A DNA stretch of 64,000 bases, from contig JAKALA010000004.1 in the NCBI GenBank assembly GCA_021813325.1, forward strand, positions 20,730 through 84,729, in the 5' to 3' direction. Under the pieces are notes generated by a model, which searched no databases, was not told where the DNA came from, and worked only from the letters and a program-made list of their open reading frames with translations. This DNA is from a bacterium (GTDB taxonomy: Bacteria; Verrucomicrobiota; Verrucomicrobiia; Limisphaerales; UBA11358). This document shows positions 38,938-48,993 of the stretch, in pieces (the stretch's first letter is position 1; each line of letters begins with the position of its first letter). Made by a program: the position numbers and the translations under genes.

Positions 38938-40962
38938 TTACTCCGAAACGGCGGATCGCATGGCGGCGAACAGGGTTTTCCCTGATGCCTGGCCGACCGG
39001 CGTTTTGGATTTGGCGTCGGAATGTTCCACCAGCTCCGCCGGCAGTTCTTTTAAAAATGGCGATGGATGGCAGGGCAACACCTGGCCATATTTTTTGCGT
39101 CCGCCGCAATGGCTGATGGCCAGCGTTTGCATGGCGCGGGTGACGGCCACATAAAACAATCGGCGCTCTTCATCCATCGTGCCTTCGACTTTGGAGCGGG
39201 AATGCGGCAGCAGGCCATCCTCCAGCCCGACCACAAACACATGCGGGAATTCCAGCCCTTTGCACGAGTGCATGGTGATGAGGGTAACGGCGTCCTGCGT
39301 GTTCTCCTTCTCTTCCTCGCGTTCGTTGTCGAGCGTGATGCTTTCCAGAAAATTTTCCAGCCGTTCGGTCGGCGCGTTGCCCGCGCCATCCATGGTGGCC
39401 ATCAACTCGCGCAGATTGCGGATGCGGGCTTCGGCGTTTTCGGGATTCTTTTCCAGCCGCTTGAGTTCGCCGAAATAGCCGGTTTCGTTTAAAAAGTTTT
39501 CCGCCCATGTCTGCAGACGAAAGCTGTTTTCAGTCGTCTGCAATTGGTTTTGCTCGCATTCCACGAACGCCACGAACGCTTCGATGCATTCGCGGGTATG
39601 CTTTTGAAATTGCGTGGTCACCAGCGGATTTTTCATGGCGGCAAAGACGGAACATTTCCGCTCGTGGCTGGCGCCCAGCAGCCGCTCCATCGTCACGTCG
39701 CTCAAGCCGCGGGCCGGCACGTTGGCAATGCGCAACAGGCTGATGTCGTCGTTTGGATTGATGAAAGTCTTGAGAAAGGCCAGGAAATCCTTGATCTCGC
39801 GCCGGTCAAAAAAACTTTGACCACCAATCAAATGATAGCGCACGCCCGCCGTGCGCAGGGCGGTTTCCAGCGGACGCGACTGCTGGTTGGTGCGGAAGAG
39901 AATGGCGCAGTCTTTCCAAGGAATGCGGTGGGCCAGGCGCTTGAACTCAATTTGCGAGACGACTTCGCGCGCTTCGTCTTCGTCGCTGCCGTAGGTGTTC
40001 AGTTGAATCTTGGCGCCGGCGCCTTTGCCGGACCACAGCGTTTTGCCGCGGCGGCGGGCGTTGTTTTTGATGATGGCATTGGCGGCGTTGAGAATCGTGC
40101 TGGTGCTGCGGTAATTCTGCTCCAGCTTGATGACTTTGACCTCGGGGAAATGTTCTTCCAGGTTCAGCAGATTGGCGATTTCCGCGCCGCGCCAGCCATA
40201 GATGCTTTGATCATCATCGCCCACCACGCAAAAATTCCGGTGTTCCTTGGTCAGCGCGTGGACCAGTTCAAATTGCGAAGCGTTGGTGTCTTGATACTCG
40301 TCCACCATCACAAAACGATACTGGTCGCGACAGGCTTGCAGCGCATCGGGATGTTCCTTGAACAACCGCAGCGTCAGCAAAATCAAGTCGTCAAAATCCA
40401 CCGCGTTGCACGCGTGCAAGGCGGATTCGTAACGTTTGGCCACGTGCGTGGCGAGCGCCCGCAAATTAGGATCCACAAACATCCTGGAATTTTCACCGCC
40501 GTTTTTGAATTTACTCAACAGCCCCAAGACGGCGCCGGGATCGACCTTTTCGCCTTTGATGGAAATGGCGGAGAGGATTTTTTTGACGGCGGCGAGCTGT
40601 TCCGATTCGTCGTAAATGACAAAGTTTTTTTTGTAGCCGAGCTTTTCAATGTGCTGCCGCAAAATCTTCACGCACAGCGAATGGAAGGTGCAAATCGTCG
40701 GGCGTTCCGGCTTTTTGCCGTCCCCGGTTCTGCGTTTGGGCAGCAACTTGGACACGCGTTCCTGCATTTCGCGGGCGGCCTTGTTGGTGAAGGTCACGCC
40801 CAGGATGTTTCCGGGCGCGATGCCGTGGCGGACCATGTGGGCGATGCGGAACGTGATGACGCGGGTTTTGCCCGTGCCCGCGCCCGCCAGAATGAGCACC
40901 GGGCCGCGAATGGTTTCGACGGCCTGGCGCTGCTGCGGGTTGAGCGTGGACAAATCCAACAT
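38938..40962 (-). CDS. UvrD/Rep/PcrA superfamily 1 DNA helicase
   Basis: LNPQQRQAV, AGAGTGKTRV, TFTNKAAREM, VDEYQDTN, VGDDDQSIYGWRGA, LEQNYRS, HSCKGLEFP, EERRLFYVAVTRA. Confidence 0.96.
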   Translation of the reverse strand: MLDLSTLNPQQRQAVETIRGPVLILAGAGTGKTRVITFRIAHMVRHGIAPGNILGVTFTNKAAREMQERVSKLLPKRRTGDGKKPERPTICTFHSLCVKILRQHIEKLGYKKNFVIYDESEQLAAVKKILSAISIKGEKVDPGAVLGLLSKFKNGGENSRMFVDPNLRALATHVAKRYESALHACNAVDFDDLILLTLRLFKEHPDALQACRDQYRFVMVDEYQDTNASQFELVHALTKEHRNFCVVGDDDQSIYGWRGAEIANLLNLEEHFPEVKVIKLEQNYRSTSTILNAANAIIKNNARRRGKTLWSGKGAGAKIQLNTYGSDEDEAREVVSQIEFKRLAHRIPWKDCAILFRTNQQSRPLETALRTAGVRYHLIGGQSFFDRREIKDFLAFLKTFINPNDDISLLRIANVPARGLSDVTMERLLGASHERKCSVFAAMKNPLVTTQFQKHTRECIEAFVAFVECEQNQLQTTENSFRLQTWAENFLNETGYFGELKRLEKNPENAEARIRNLRELMATMDGAGNAPTERLENFLESITLDNEREEEKENTQDAVTLITMHSCKGLEFPHVFVVGLEDGLLPHSRSKVEGTMDEERRLFYVAVTRAMQTLAISHCGGRKKYGQVLPCHPSPFLKELPAELVEHSDAKSKTPVGQASGKTLFAAMRSAVSE

Positions 40963-41100
40963 GGGCTGCGGATTTTAATTCGCCACGACTCGAACGCAAG
41001 CGAACAGGAGAAATTTGGCGGGCAAATTTATAATCCCCGTTTTAAAGGAATGTGAATCTTGCCAATTTGAAGATATTTGTGGGTTTTTGCGCCCGGGAAA

Positions 41101-43038
41101 TTATTGCGTTGGGGCCGGAATAAATTCATCCAGACACTCGCGAACGGTCCGGGCCAGGCTGTCGATGGCATAAGGCTTTTGGAGAAACCGAGTGCCCGGC
41201 TCGCGGTGCAGGTTGCGGCCGGCCAGTTCCGGGCTGTAACCGCTGGAGTAGATGACGCGAAGTTGCGGGGCATCCGCACGCAGTTGGCGGGCGAGTTCGC
41301 GCCCGGTCATGCCGTCGGGCATGACCAGATCCGTGAGCATGAGGTGGATGTCGCGTTTGTGCTCGGACCAGACCAGCAAGGCTTCCGGGCCGGATTGCGC
41401 TGTCAGCACCCGGTATCCGGAAAGTTGCAACAGCTTGCTCACTACCAGGCAAACCGGCAATTCGTCCTCGACCACCAGAATGAGCTCGTTGTTCGTCCGA
41501 CGGACGGATTGGGTGACGGCGGCGGGACGGCTTTGCCCGGCGCTGTCGATGGCCGGGAAGGTAATCTGAAACGTGGTGCCCTGGCCAAGCTCGCTGGTCA
41601 CGTCAATGGTGCCGTTGTGTTGTTGAACGATGCCATAGACCGTGGCGAGTCCCAGGCCGGTGCCTTTGCCGGCTTCCTTGGTGGTGAAAAACGGTTCGAA
41701 TATGTGGGACAAATGGTCGGGAGAAATGCCGCATCCCGTGTCGCTGATTTTCAGGCACACGAATTTAGTGCGCGAGCTGGTCCCCTTTTCCTCGTGATTT
41801 GAGCAGGTCAACGTCTGGATTTTTAAACGGCCACCGCCGGGCATGGCGTCCCGGGCGTTCACCGCCAGATTGAGAATGACCTGATCGATCATGCCGACAT
41901 CGCCGCGAATCGAAGGCAGTTCGCCCGGGCAATCCACTTCCAGGGCAATGTCCTCGCCGAGGATGCGCTGCAACATCTTGAGCATTTGCCGCACGGCTTC
42001 ATTGAGGTCCAGATCCACGAGTTGAAACGCCTGTTTGCGGCTGAAAAGCAGCAGTTGCCGCGTCAGGCCCGAGGCGCGTTCCGCGGCTTCCAAAATTTCA
42101 TTGGTCAGCTCAACGTGCTCGTCCGGCAAGTCTTCCTCGTGCCGGAGCAGGGAGGCGTTGCCCATGATGGTGGTGAGGATGTTGTTGAAATCGTGGGCGA
42201 CCCCGCTGGACAACTGGCCGATGGCTTCCATCTTTTGCGCCTGGCGCAACTGTGCTTCGATCCGCTGGCTTTCGGTGACATCCCGCGAGTTGACCACCAC
42301 CGAGGGCGGTTCCTCGCCGACCAAACGTTTCCCCACGCTTTCAATAAACCGCCAGGAGCCGTTCGCATGGCGGATGCGGTATTCAATGTTGTCGGCGCGC
42401 TGGGTGTTGGAAACGGTCCGTTGAAAGGCCTCGTAACAGCGCTGCCGGTCCTCGGGATGAATGAAGTCAAAGACGTTGTGGTTGACGAATTCAGTCACCG
42501 GATAGCCCAGCACCCGCTGCACCGACGGGCTTTGATAATGAATCATTCCCCGCGCATCGATCACCGTGATGAGATCCTGCGCGTTTTCAATCAGCGAACG
42601 GAAATAGCGCTCATTGCGAATCAGCGCCTGGGCGGCCGCGTGATTTTCCCGGCGCAGCCGCGCCTCCTCCAGCGCCCGGATGACGGATTGCCCCAGCCGT
42701 TTGATTTGCTCCTTGATCACGTAGTTGGACGCGCCCGCCTTCATGCAACTGACGGCGGTGTCCTCGTTCATTGAGCCGGTGAGAATGATCAGCGGGGTCA
42801 ACGGCGCGTGTTCCTGCGCCAGGCGCAGGGCGGTCAGGCCGTTGAAGCGCGGCAAATTGTAATCGGAAATGATGAGGTCCGGCAGAAAATCGGTCAGGGC
42901 TGCGAGAAACGTCTCGCTGGTTTCCACACAGCGAAAGACGCAATTTTTCAGTTCGCGGGAAATTTCGCGTTTAGCCAGGTCGGCATCGCTGGGTGTGTCT
43001 TCCACCAGCAGAATGCGGATTTCACCAGGGCTTGGCAT
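41101..43038 (-). CDS. Hybrid sensor kinase REC-PAS-HisKA-HATPase-REC
   Basis: RILLVED..DLIISDYNLP..YVIK receiver, PAS (FIHPEDR), QKMEAIGQLSSGVAHDFNNIL, NLAVNARDAM, FEPFFTTK..GTGLGL, and a C-terminal receiver (LTDLVMP..FLQKPY). The start is approximate (43038 or 43044). Confidence 0.93.
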   Translation of the reverse strand: MPSPGEIRILLVEDTPSDADLAKREISRELKNCVFRCVETSETFLAALTDFLPDLIISDYNLPRFNGLTALRLAQEHAPLTPLIILTGSMNEDTAVSCMKAGASNYVIKEQIKRLGQSVIRALEEARLRRENHAAAQALIRNERYFRSLIENAQDLITVIDARGMIHYQSPSVQRVLGYPVTEFVNHNVFDFIHPEDRQRCYEAFQRTVSNTQRADNIEYRIRHANGSWRFIESVGKRLVGEEPPSVVVNSRDVTESQRIEAQLRQAQKMEAIGQLSSGVAHDFNNILTTIMGNASLLRHEEDLPDEHVELTNEILEAAERASGLTRQLLLFSRKQAFQLVDLDLNEAVRQMLKMLQRILGEDIALEVDCPGELPSIRGDVGMIDQVILNLAVNARDAMPGGGRLKIQTLTCSNHEEKGTSSRTKFVCLKISDTGCGISPDHLSHIFEPFFTTKEAGKGTGLGLATVYGIVQQHNGTIDVTSELGQGTTFQITFPAIDSAGQSRPAAVTQSVRRTNNELILVVEDELPVCLVVSKLLQLSGYRVLTAQSGPEALLVWSEHKRDIHLMLTDLVMPDGMTGRELARQLRADAPQLRVIYSSGYSPELAGRNLHREPGTRFLQKPYAIDSLARTVRECLDEFIPAPTQ

Positions 43039-44959
43039 GTTCATCAGCGACAAGGCTTGCTTGTTTGACCGGCTTAGGTTGATCAGATTCCATGGCGCTT
43101 GGCAAGGCGAAGTAAAAAGTGGCGCCCGCCTCCGGCTTGCCCTCGGCCCAGACGCGGCCGCCATGCCGGTGCACCACGCGCTGCACGATGGCCAGGCCGA
43201 CCCCGGTGCCTTCAAATTCCGACGCGCTGTGCAGGCGCTGGAAAACGCCGAACAATTTCCCGGCGTATTGCATGTCGAAACCCGCGCCGTTGTCGCGCAC
43301 GGAGTAAATCAATTCCCGCCCCTTTAGTTCGCCGGCAACGACGATTTGCGGGTGTTCCCGCCGGGCGGAAAATTTGACGGCGTTGGACAGCAAATTGATC
43401 CAGACCTGCCGAAGCAATGGCGCGTCGCCGGTGGCCGGCGGCAGGTGGCCGAGTTGAAATTCGATGTTTTTGCCGGTGTCGCCGGGGGTGACAGCCGCGA
43501 AGGCTGCTTCCGCCAAGGCCCGCATATCCAACGGCGCGGTGTCCATCGGAGTCCGGCTCAACCGGGAAAAATTCAACAAATCGCTGATCAACTCGCCCAT
43601 GTTCCGGGTATTGGCGCGGATCTTTTGGCAGAGTTCCCGGCCTTCCTCGTTCAGCGTGGCGGCGTGGTCTTCCAAGAGAATTTGGGTGTAACCACCAATG
43701 GCCCGCAAGGGCGCGCGCAGGTCGTGGGAAACGGAATAGGAAAAGGATTCCAGTTCGCGGTTCGCCCGGTCCAGTTCCGCCTGGTAATCCACCAGCTTGC
43801 GGACGGAGTGGCCAATCCGGCCGATTTCATCGCCGGCCGGCTCCGACGGATCGTCCGGCGTGATTTGCGCGGCGAGCTGGCTGGTGGAATTGGCCAGTTG
43901 CCGGATCGGTTTGGAGACGCGCCGTGCTGAGAGAAAAATCATGCCGATCATGGCGGTCAGCGCCAGGGCACTGCTGCCGGCGATTTGCCAGGTGAGGGCG
44001 TTGATCGGCCCCATGACGGCGTCCTGCGAAACATCGATCACCGTTTTCCAGTGGGTGAACGGGGCCGTGGCCCAGTAAAGCCGGCGCTCTTCGCCACGGA
44101 TCGTCACCCGGGCAAAACCTTCTGGTTGATCGTGGACATAAGGACCTTCCGGCAACGCGGCCAGACCGGCGCCGGAAAAATTTTTGGAAGGCAGCAGGGC
44201 CGCATCGGGATGACTGATCAACCGGCTGGTCTGGCTGACCACAAAGGCGAATTCCGCATGGTCATCATCGCCGGGAATGACATCCAGTTTGGAGACGATG
44301 TTGGTGATGGAATCCAGCAGGATGTCCACGCCCACCACGCCGAGGAATTCGTTGGAAGCCCCCAGCACGGGCAGCGTATAACTCACCATGGATTGGTTGA
44401 CCGAGCCAAGATCGTAATAAGGTTCGGTCAGATGCGGCTGATGGGTGACCTTGGGCATGTGATACCATTCCTGGCGGTCTTCGTGGTAGTCGTAAGTCGC
44501 GCAGTAAGTTTTTGGCCAGCTCAGCCGGTCCACCACCAGATCCGAGTCGGGATCGCGATAATCCATGTTTTCGTAGGTGATGTAAAAATCAAACGCCTCG
44601 TCCTTTGGCGTGCGGGCCAGCAAATCCACGAGAAATTTGCGCATCGCGTTGGGCGGACAATGGCCCGATTCCAGTTCGCGCGAGATAATCGGCTCACACC
44701 GGGCGCCGCATTTTTGAATGAACAAATCCAGGTTGCGCCCGGTGTTTTCCAGGGCGTTCAACACCGCCGCGTTGATCTGTGCCTCCAAGGCTTTGCGGCT
44801 GGCCGTATAGTTGAGCCAGTTGGCCGCCAGCAGCACCGCGCAGGCCGTGGTGCCAAAAGAGAAGACCAGCCGCCGGGAAATCGTTCTGCGTTTGAAGGCC
44901 GGCACCAAGGCTTGAATAAGCCGCCGGACGCGTGAACTGAAGCCGCTGATCTGGCTCAT
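43022..44959 (-). CDS. Membrane sensor histidine kinase (dCache-HAMP-HisKA-HATPase)
   Basis: Two TM helices around a Cache domain (QEWY..TEPYYD..GVVGVDI), then ELESFSYSVSHDLRAPLRAI, NLLSNAVKF, DNGAGFDM, FQRLH..FEGTGVGLAIV. Confidence 0.93.
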   Translation of the reverse strand: MSQISGFSSRVRRLIQALVPAFKRRTISRRLVFSFGTTACAVLLAANWLNYTASRKALEAQINAAVLNALENTGRNLDLFIQKCGARCEPIISRELESGHCPPNAMRKFLVDLLARTPKDEAFDFYITYENMDYRDPDSDLVVDRLSWPKTYCATYDYHEDRQEWYHMPKVTHQPHLTEPYYDLGSVNQSMVSYTLPVLGASNEFLGVVGVDILLDSITNIVSKLDVIPGDDDHAEFAFVVSQTSRLISHPDAALLPSKNFSGAGLAALPEGPYVHDQPEGFARVTIRGEERRLYWATAPFTHWKTVIDVSQDAVMGPINALTWQIAGSSALALTAMIGMIFLSARRVSKPIRQLANSTSQLAAQITPDDPSEPAGDEIGRIGHSVRKLVDYQAELDRANRELESFSYSVSHDLRAPLRAIGGYTQILLEDHAATLNEEGRELCQKIRANTRNMGELISDLLNFSRLSRTPMDTAPLDMRALAEAAFAAVTPGDTGKNIEFQLGHLPPATGDAPLLRQVWINLLSNAVKFSARREHPQIVVAGELKGRELIYSVRDNGAGFDMQYAGKLFGVFQRLHSASEFEGTGVGLAIVQRVVHRHGGRVWAEGKPEAGATFYFALPSAMESDQPKPVKQASLVADEHAKPW

Positions 44960-45170
44960 AAACTGACCCTAGGGCAAGCGGCCAACGGCGTCAATCGCTT
45001 TGCGCCCAAATATTTTGGCGAACATCCGACCGGCCAAATCAGCGGGAAAATCCCGGAAAATGCGGGCCTTTGGCCGGAATGCCCGGCTCGCTTCACCCGC
45101 TGCCGGGAGAGTTGCTGGCAAAAAATAAGTTGCGCGAACCGCACCGTGCGGCGTAAAGAAAGGCCGCATT

Positions 45171-47966
45171 ATGGGCAAAGCTCTCATCATCGCCGAGAAA
45201 CCATCCGTCGCCAGCGACCTCAGCAAGGCGCTCGGGAAATTTCAGAAAACCGCCGATTACTACGAGAACGACGAGTTCGTGATCTCTTCGGCGGTCGGTC
45301 ATTTGCTGGAGTTGACCGTCCCCGAGGAATTCGACGTCAAAAAGGGCAAATGGACCTTCAAATGCCTGCCGGTCATTCCGCCGCGCTTTGATTTGCAGCC
45401 GATTGAGCGCACTGAAAGCCGGTTGAAAATCCTGAAGAAGTTGATCAAGCGCGAGGATGTCACGGAACTGATCAATGCGTGCGACGCCGGGCGTGAAGGG
45501 GAATTGATTTTCCGCAACATTGTCCGTTACACCAAGGCCCGGCAGCCGGTGAAACGGCTGTGGCTGCAATCCATGACGCCCGCAGCCATCCGCGAAGGGT
45601 TCGCCGCGCTGAAAACTGACGAATCCATGCTGCCCCTGTCCGAGGCCGCGACGAGCCGCGCCGAGGCCGACTGGCTGGTGGGCATCAACGGCACGCGCGC
45701 CATGACGGCGTTCAATTCCAAGCAGGGCGGCTTTTTCAAGACGCCCGTCGGGCGCGTGCAGACGCCGACGCTGGCGATTCTCGTCGAGCGCGAGGAGCGC
45801 ATTCGCAAGTTTGTGCCGCGTGATTTCTGGGAAATCATCGGCACGTTCGAATGCGCCGCCGGCCAATACACCGGCCGCTGGTTCGATGAGAAATTTGCGA
45901 AGTCCGAAACCGACGAGCAGCTCAAGGCGGAGCGTGTTTGGGCTGTGGCAAAGGCTGAAGCCATCAAAGCCAAATGCCTGGGCAAACCCGGAATCGTCAC
46001 CGAGGAAAGCAAGCCGACGACGTCCATGTCGCCGTTGCTTTACGATTTGACCAGCTTGCAGCGCGAGGCCAATGCGCGCTTCGGTTTCAGCGCCAAAAAC
46101 ACGCTGGGCATCGCGCAGGCGTTGTATGAAAAGCACAAGGTGCTGACGTATCCGCGAACGGATTCGCGCGCGTTGCCGGAGGATTACATCGGCACGGTGA
46201 AGAACACGATGGCGATGCTGGAAGACGTCACCGGCTATTCGGCGTTCGCCGCGCAGATTTTGAAGAGCGGCTGGGTGCATCCCAACAAGCGCATTTTCAA
46301 CAACGCGAAAGTTTCGGATCACTTCGCCATCATCCCGACGTCGCTGGCGCCCAAAGCCCTGAGCGAACCGGAGCAAAAGCTTTACGATCTGGTCGCGAAA
46401 CGCTTTCTCGCGATCTTTTATCCGGCGGCGGAATTTTTGGAAACCACCCGCATCACGCGCGTGGCGGGCGAGCTGTTCAAGAGCGCGGGCAAGGTGCTGG
46501 TGACGCCGGGTTGGCTGACGGTCTATGGCAAGCAGTCGGATTCGGATGAAACGCCGAGTCTCGCGCCAGTGACGCCGGGCGAAACGGTCAAGACGAGCGA
46601 GGTGGCGGTGAAGCAAAATGTCACCAAACCGCCGGCCCGCTATTCGGAAGCGACGTTGCTGTCCGCCATGGAAGGCGCCGGGAAATTGGTGGACGATGAC
46701 GAATTGCGCGAGGCGATGAACGAGAAAGGCCTCGGCACGCCGGCCACGCGCGCGGCGATCATCGAAGGTTTGATTCTGGAGGAATATGTGCATCGCATCG
46801 GCCGCGAATTGCAGGCCACGGCCAAGGCGTTTTCGCTGATGGAATTGTTAAACGGCCTCGGGGTGACGGAACTCACCAAGCCGGAACTGACGGGCGAATG
46901 GGAATTTCAGCTCAAGGAAATGCAGCGGAAGAAAATCAGCCGCGAGCAGTTCATGCGGGAAATTGCCGAGATGACACGCAAAATTGTCGATCGCGCGAAG
47001 CAATACGAGCACGACACGATTCCCGGTGATTTCGGCAAATTGACCGTGCCGTGCCCGAAGTGCGGCGGCGAAATCCACGAGAAATACCGCCAGTATCAAT
47101 GCGTGAAGGATGGCTGCGATTTTGCGGTGTGGAAGACGCTGTGCAGCCGGATGTTTGAGCCAGAGGAAGTGGAGAAACTGATCACGGAAAAAGTGATCGG
47201 GCCGTTGCAGGGCTTCCGCAGCAAGCAGGGGTTCCCGTTTGCCGCCGTGCTCAAGATGAATGCCGAGCACAAGATCGAATTCGATTTCGGGCAGCCGAAG
47301 GAAGGCGCATCCGCCGAGCCGGTGGATTTCACCGGCAAGGAGCCGCTGGGCAAATGCCCGAAGTGCGGCGCCCGCGTGTTCGATACCGGCATGAATTACA
47401 CCTGCGAACATCATGTGGGCCTGAAGCCGACGTGTGAATTCCGCACCGGCAAGATCATTTTGCAGCAGGAAATTTCCGTGGACCAGGTGAAAAAACTTTT
47501 GGCCGAAGGCAAAACCGATTTGCTGAAAGGCTTCGTCTCAAAGAAGACAAACCGCAAATTCGAGGCGTTTCTCATTGTGAAAGAAGGCAAGACTGCCTTT
47601 GAATTTCCGGCGCGCGCAGGCCAGGGCCGTCGCAAGAGCAGCGAGCCGCCGCCGAAGCTTGATTTCACCGGCAAGACGGAGATCGGCAAATGTCCGAAGT
47701 GCGGGGGCAAGGTGTTTGACACCGGGGTTGACGCCGGCTATGTCTGCGAAAATTCGCAGCGCGAAGAGAAGCCCTGCAAGTTCAGCATCAAAAAGACGAT
47801 TTTAGAGCAGCCAATTGATGCGACCCAGGCGGCGAAGATTCTCAAGGACAGCAAAAGCGATGTGCTGGACAAGTTCATCTCCAAATCCGGCAAGCCGTTT
47901 CCGGCATTTCTGGTGATGGACAAGAAGGGCAAAATCACCTTCGAGTTTCCGGAACGGGCGGAGTAA
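45171..47966 (+). CDS. topB: DNA topoisomerase III with C-terminal zinc-ribbon/repeat modules
   Basis: IIAEKPSVA, NACDAGREGELIF, GRVQTPTL, TYPRTDS (catalytic Tyr), GLGTPATRA, and three CPKCG plus (G/K)FxSK..F.A.L repeats. Confidence 0.93.
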   Translation: MGKALIIAEKPSVASDLSKALGKFQKTADYYENDEFVISSAVGHLLELTVPEEFDVKKGKWTFKCLPVIPPRFDLQPIERTESRLKILKKLIKREDVTELINACDAGREGELIFRNIVRYTKARQPVKRLWLQSMTPAAIREGFAALKTDESMLPLSEAATSRAEADWLVGINGTRAMTAFNSKQGGFFKTPVGRVQTPTLAILVEREERIRKFVPRDFWEIIGTFECAAGQYTGRWFDEKFAKSETDEQLKAERVWAVAKAEAIKAKCLGKPGIVTEESKPTTSMSPLLYDLTSLQREANARFGFSAKNTLGIAQALYEKHKVLTYPRTDSRALPEDYIGTVKNTMAMLEDVTGYSAFAAQILKSGWVHPNKRIFNNAKVSDHFAIIPTSLAPKALSEPEQKLYDLVAKRFLAIFYPAAEFLETTRITRVAGELFKSAGKVLVTPGWLTVYGKQSDSDETPSLAPVTPGETVKTSEVAVKQNVTKPPARYSEATLLSAMEGAGKLVDDDELREAMNEKGLGTPATRAAIIEGLILEEYVHRIGRELQATAKAFSLMELLNGLGVTELTKPELTGEWEFQLKEMQRKKISREQFMREIAEMTRKIVDRAKQYEHDTIPGDFGKLTVPCPKCGGEIHEKYRQYQCVKDGCDFAVWKTLCSRMFEPEEVEKLITEKVIGPLQGFRSKQGFPFAAVLKMNAEHKIEFDFGQPKEGASAEPVDFTGKEPLGKCPKCGARVFDTGMNYTCEHHVGLKPTCEFRTGKIILQQEISVDQVKKLLAEGKTDLLKGFVSKKTNRKFEAFLIVKEGKTAFEFPARAGQGRRKSSEPPPKLDFTGKTEIGKCPKCGGKVFDTGVDAGYVCENSQREEKPCKFSIKKTILEQPIDATQAAKILKDSKSDVLDKFISKSGKPFPAFLVMDKKGKITFEFPERAE

Positions 47967-47967
47967 C

Positions 47968-48043
47968 CGTTGCGGCGGTCGGCCGACCGCCGCCAGCCAA
48001 AAAGTTTCAGAATGGAATGGCCGCGCTCTGCCAAGCCGCCACG
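47968..48043. repeat. REP-like palindrome or possible terminator between convergent genes
   Basis: Perfect 22-bp palindrome GCGGCGGTCGGCCGACCGCCGC (47972-47993), with a degenerate partner arm ending GCCGCCACG. Confidence 0.6.
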
Positions 48044-48055
48044 ACCATGCCGGGG

Positions 48056-48919
48056 TCATTCATTGGCCCGCTGCGTTCCTCTCAGCCGGTCGGCATGCGG
48101 GAACGTGAATTCAGATTTTTGCGAGGCCAGCGCCTGCCCGAAATCCAGCATGGTCTGCTGACCTTCATCCGTGATTTTCAAGGGTGGCAGGAAAAGGTTG
48201 GCGGTGGCGGCTTTCAACCCGCCCAATAAATTTCCCCACAGACTGTTTCTGGCGTTCTTGGCTTTGATGGAGCCGAGCGAGACTTCCATTTTGGGCGGCG
48301 CGTCGGTGCGGCGGAAAGTCAGCGAGTTGACGCTGGCCACGCGTTCGTTTTCGGCGGTGAATGTTCCGTCGTGCCAGACGTAGTCCTGCAAATCCACCGT
48401 CACCGGGCTGGGCATCCCGTCGCGGTCAAAGCGGATGACCAATTCCTTGACCGTGGGAAGGTCGTTTTCCAGCGCGCCATCGACTGTGACGCTGCCATGG
48501 CCGGGGCCGGTGACATTGATGGCCACCAGCTGGTGTTTGACGGTGTCGCCGTCTTTGAGCCGGTTTTCGCGGCTGCGCAGATGCTCCGTCAAGTCGAACA
48601 CATTTTGCAGGCCGCCGGCGCCGGTGAATTCAAATTTGCAAGTGGCCCGGAACCGGCCGCCGTTGGTCCGGCATTCAAAGGACGTGACCCGGGCGCATTG
48701 CGAATTGGCGGCGTTGGTGTAGATGATGGATGGATCGGGCGAAATCAGCGGCACAAAATACATGAATTTGGTGACGCTGTTTTCCTGCGGTCGGCCGGTG
48801 CCGTAATCCAACTGGAGGGTCGGTCCGGACGGCGCGGCCCGCAAAGCGGCCGGGGCCAGCAGACTGGCCAGCCCAAGGGCGACCCAGCGGACCGGGTTCA
48901 TGACGCGATTCAAAAACAT
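48056..48919 (-). CDS. Hypothetical secreted protein
   Basis: 287-aa ORF with a signal peptide (..LLAPAALRA) and a beta-rich body. No family recognised. Confidence 0.7.
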   Translation of the reverse strand: MFLNRVMNPVRWVALGLASLLAPAALRAAPSGPTLQLDYGTGRPQENSVTKFMYFVPLISPDPSIIYTNAANSQCARVTSFECRTNGGRFRATCKFEFTGAGGLQNVFDLTEHLRSRENRLKDGDTVKHQLVAINVTGPGHGSVTVDGALENDLPTVKELVIRFDRDGMPSPVTVDLQDYVWHDGTFTAENERVASVNSLTFRRTDAPPKMEVSLGSIKAKNARNSLWGNLLGGLKAATANLFLPPLKITDEGQQTMLDFGQALASQKSEFTFPHADRLRGTQRANE

Positions 48920-48993
48920 CGCGATAGTTTCTTTGCCTCCGAATATATTTCAAGCATTGAGCGCAACCGTTTGGCTTGTTACATACAGGGCGG

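Noticed and set aside
28054-47966. SNF2, Ski2-like and UvrD helicases plus TopB as one defence or repair system
   Set aside because: They are on different strands, separated by unrelated genes, and each looks like an ordinary chromosomal gene.
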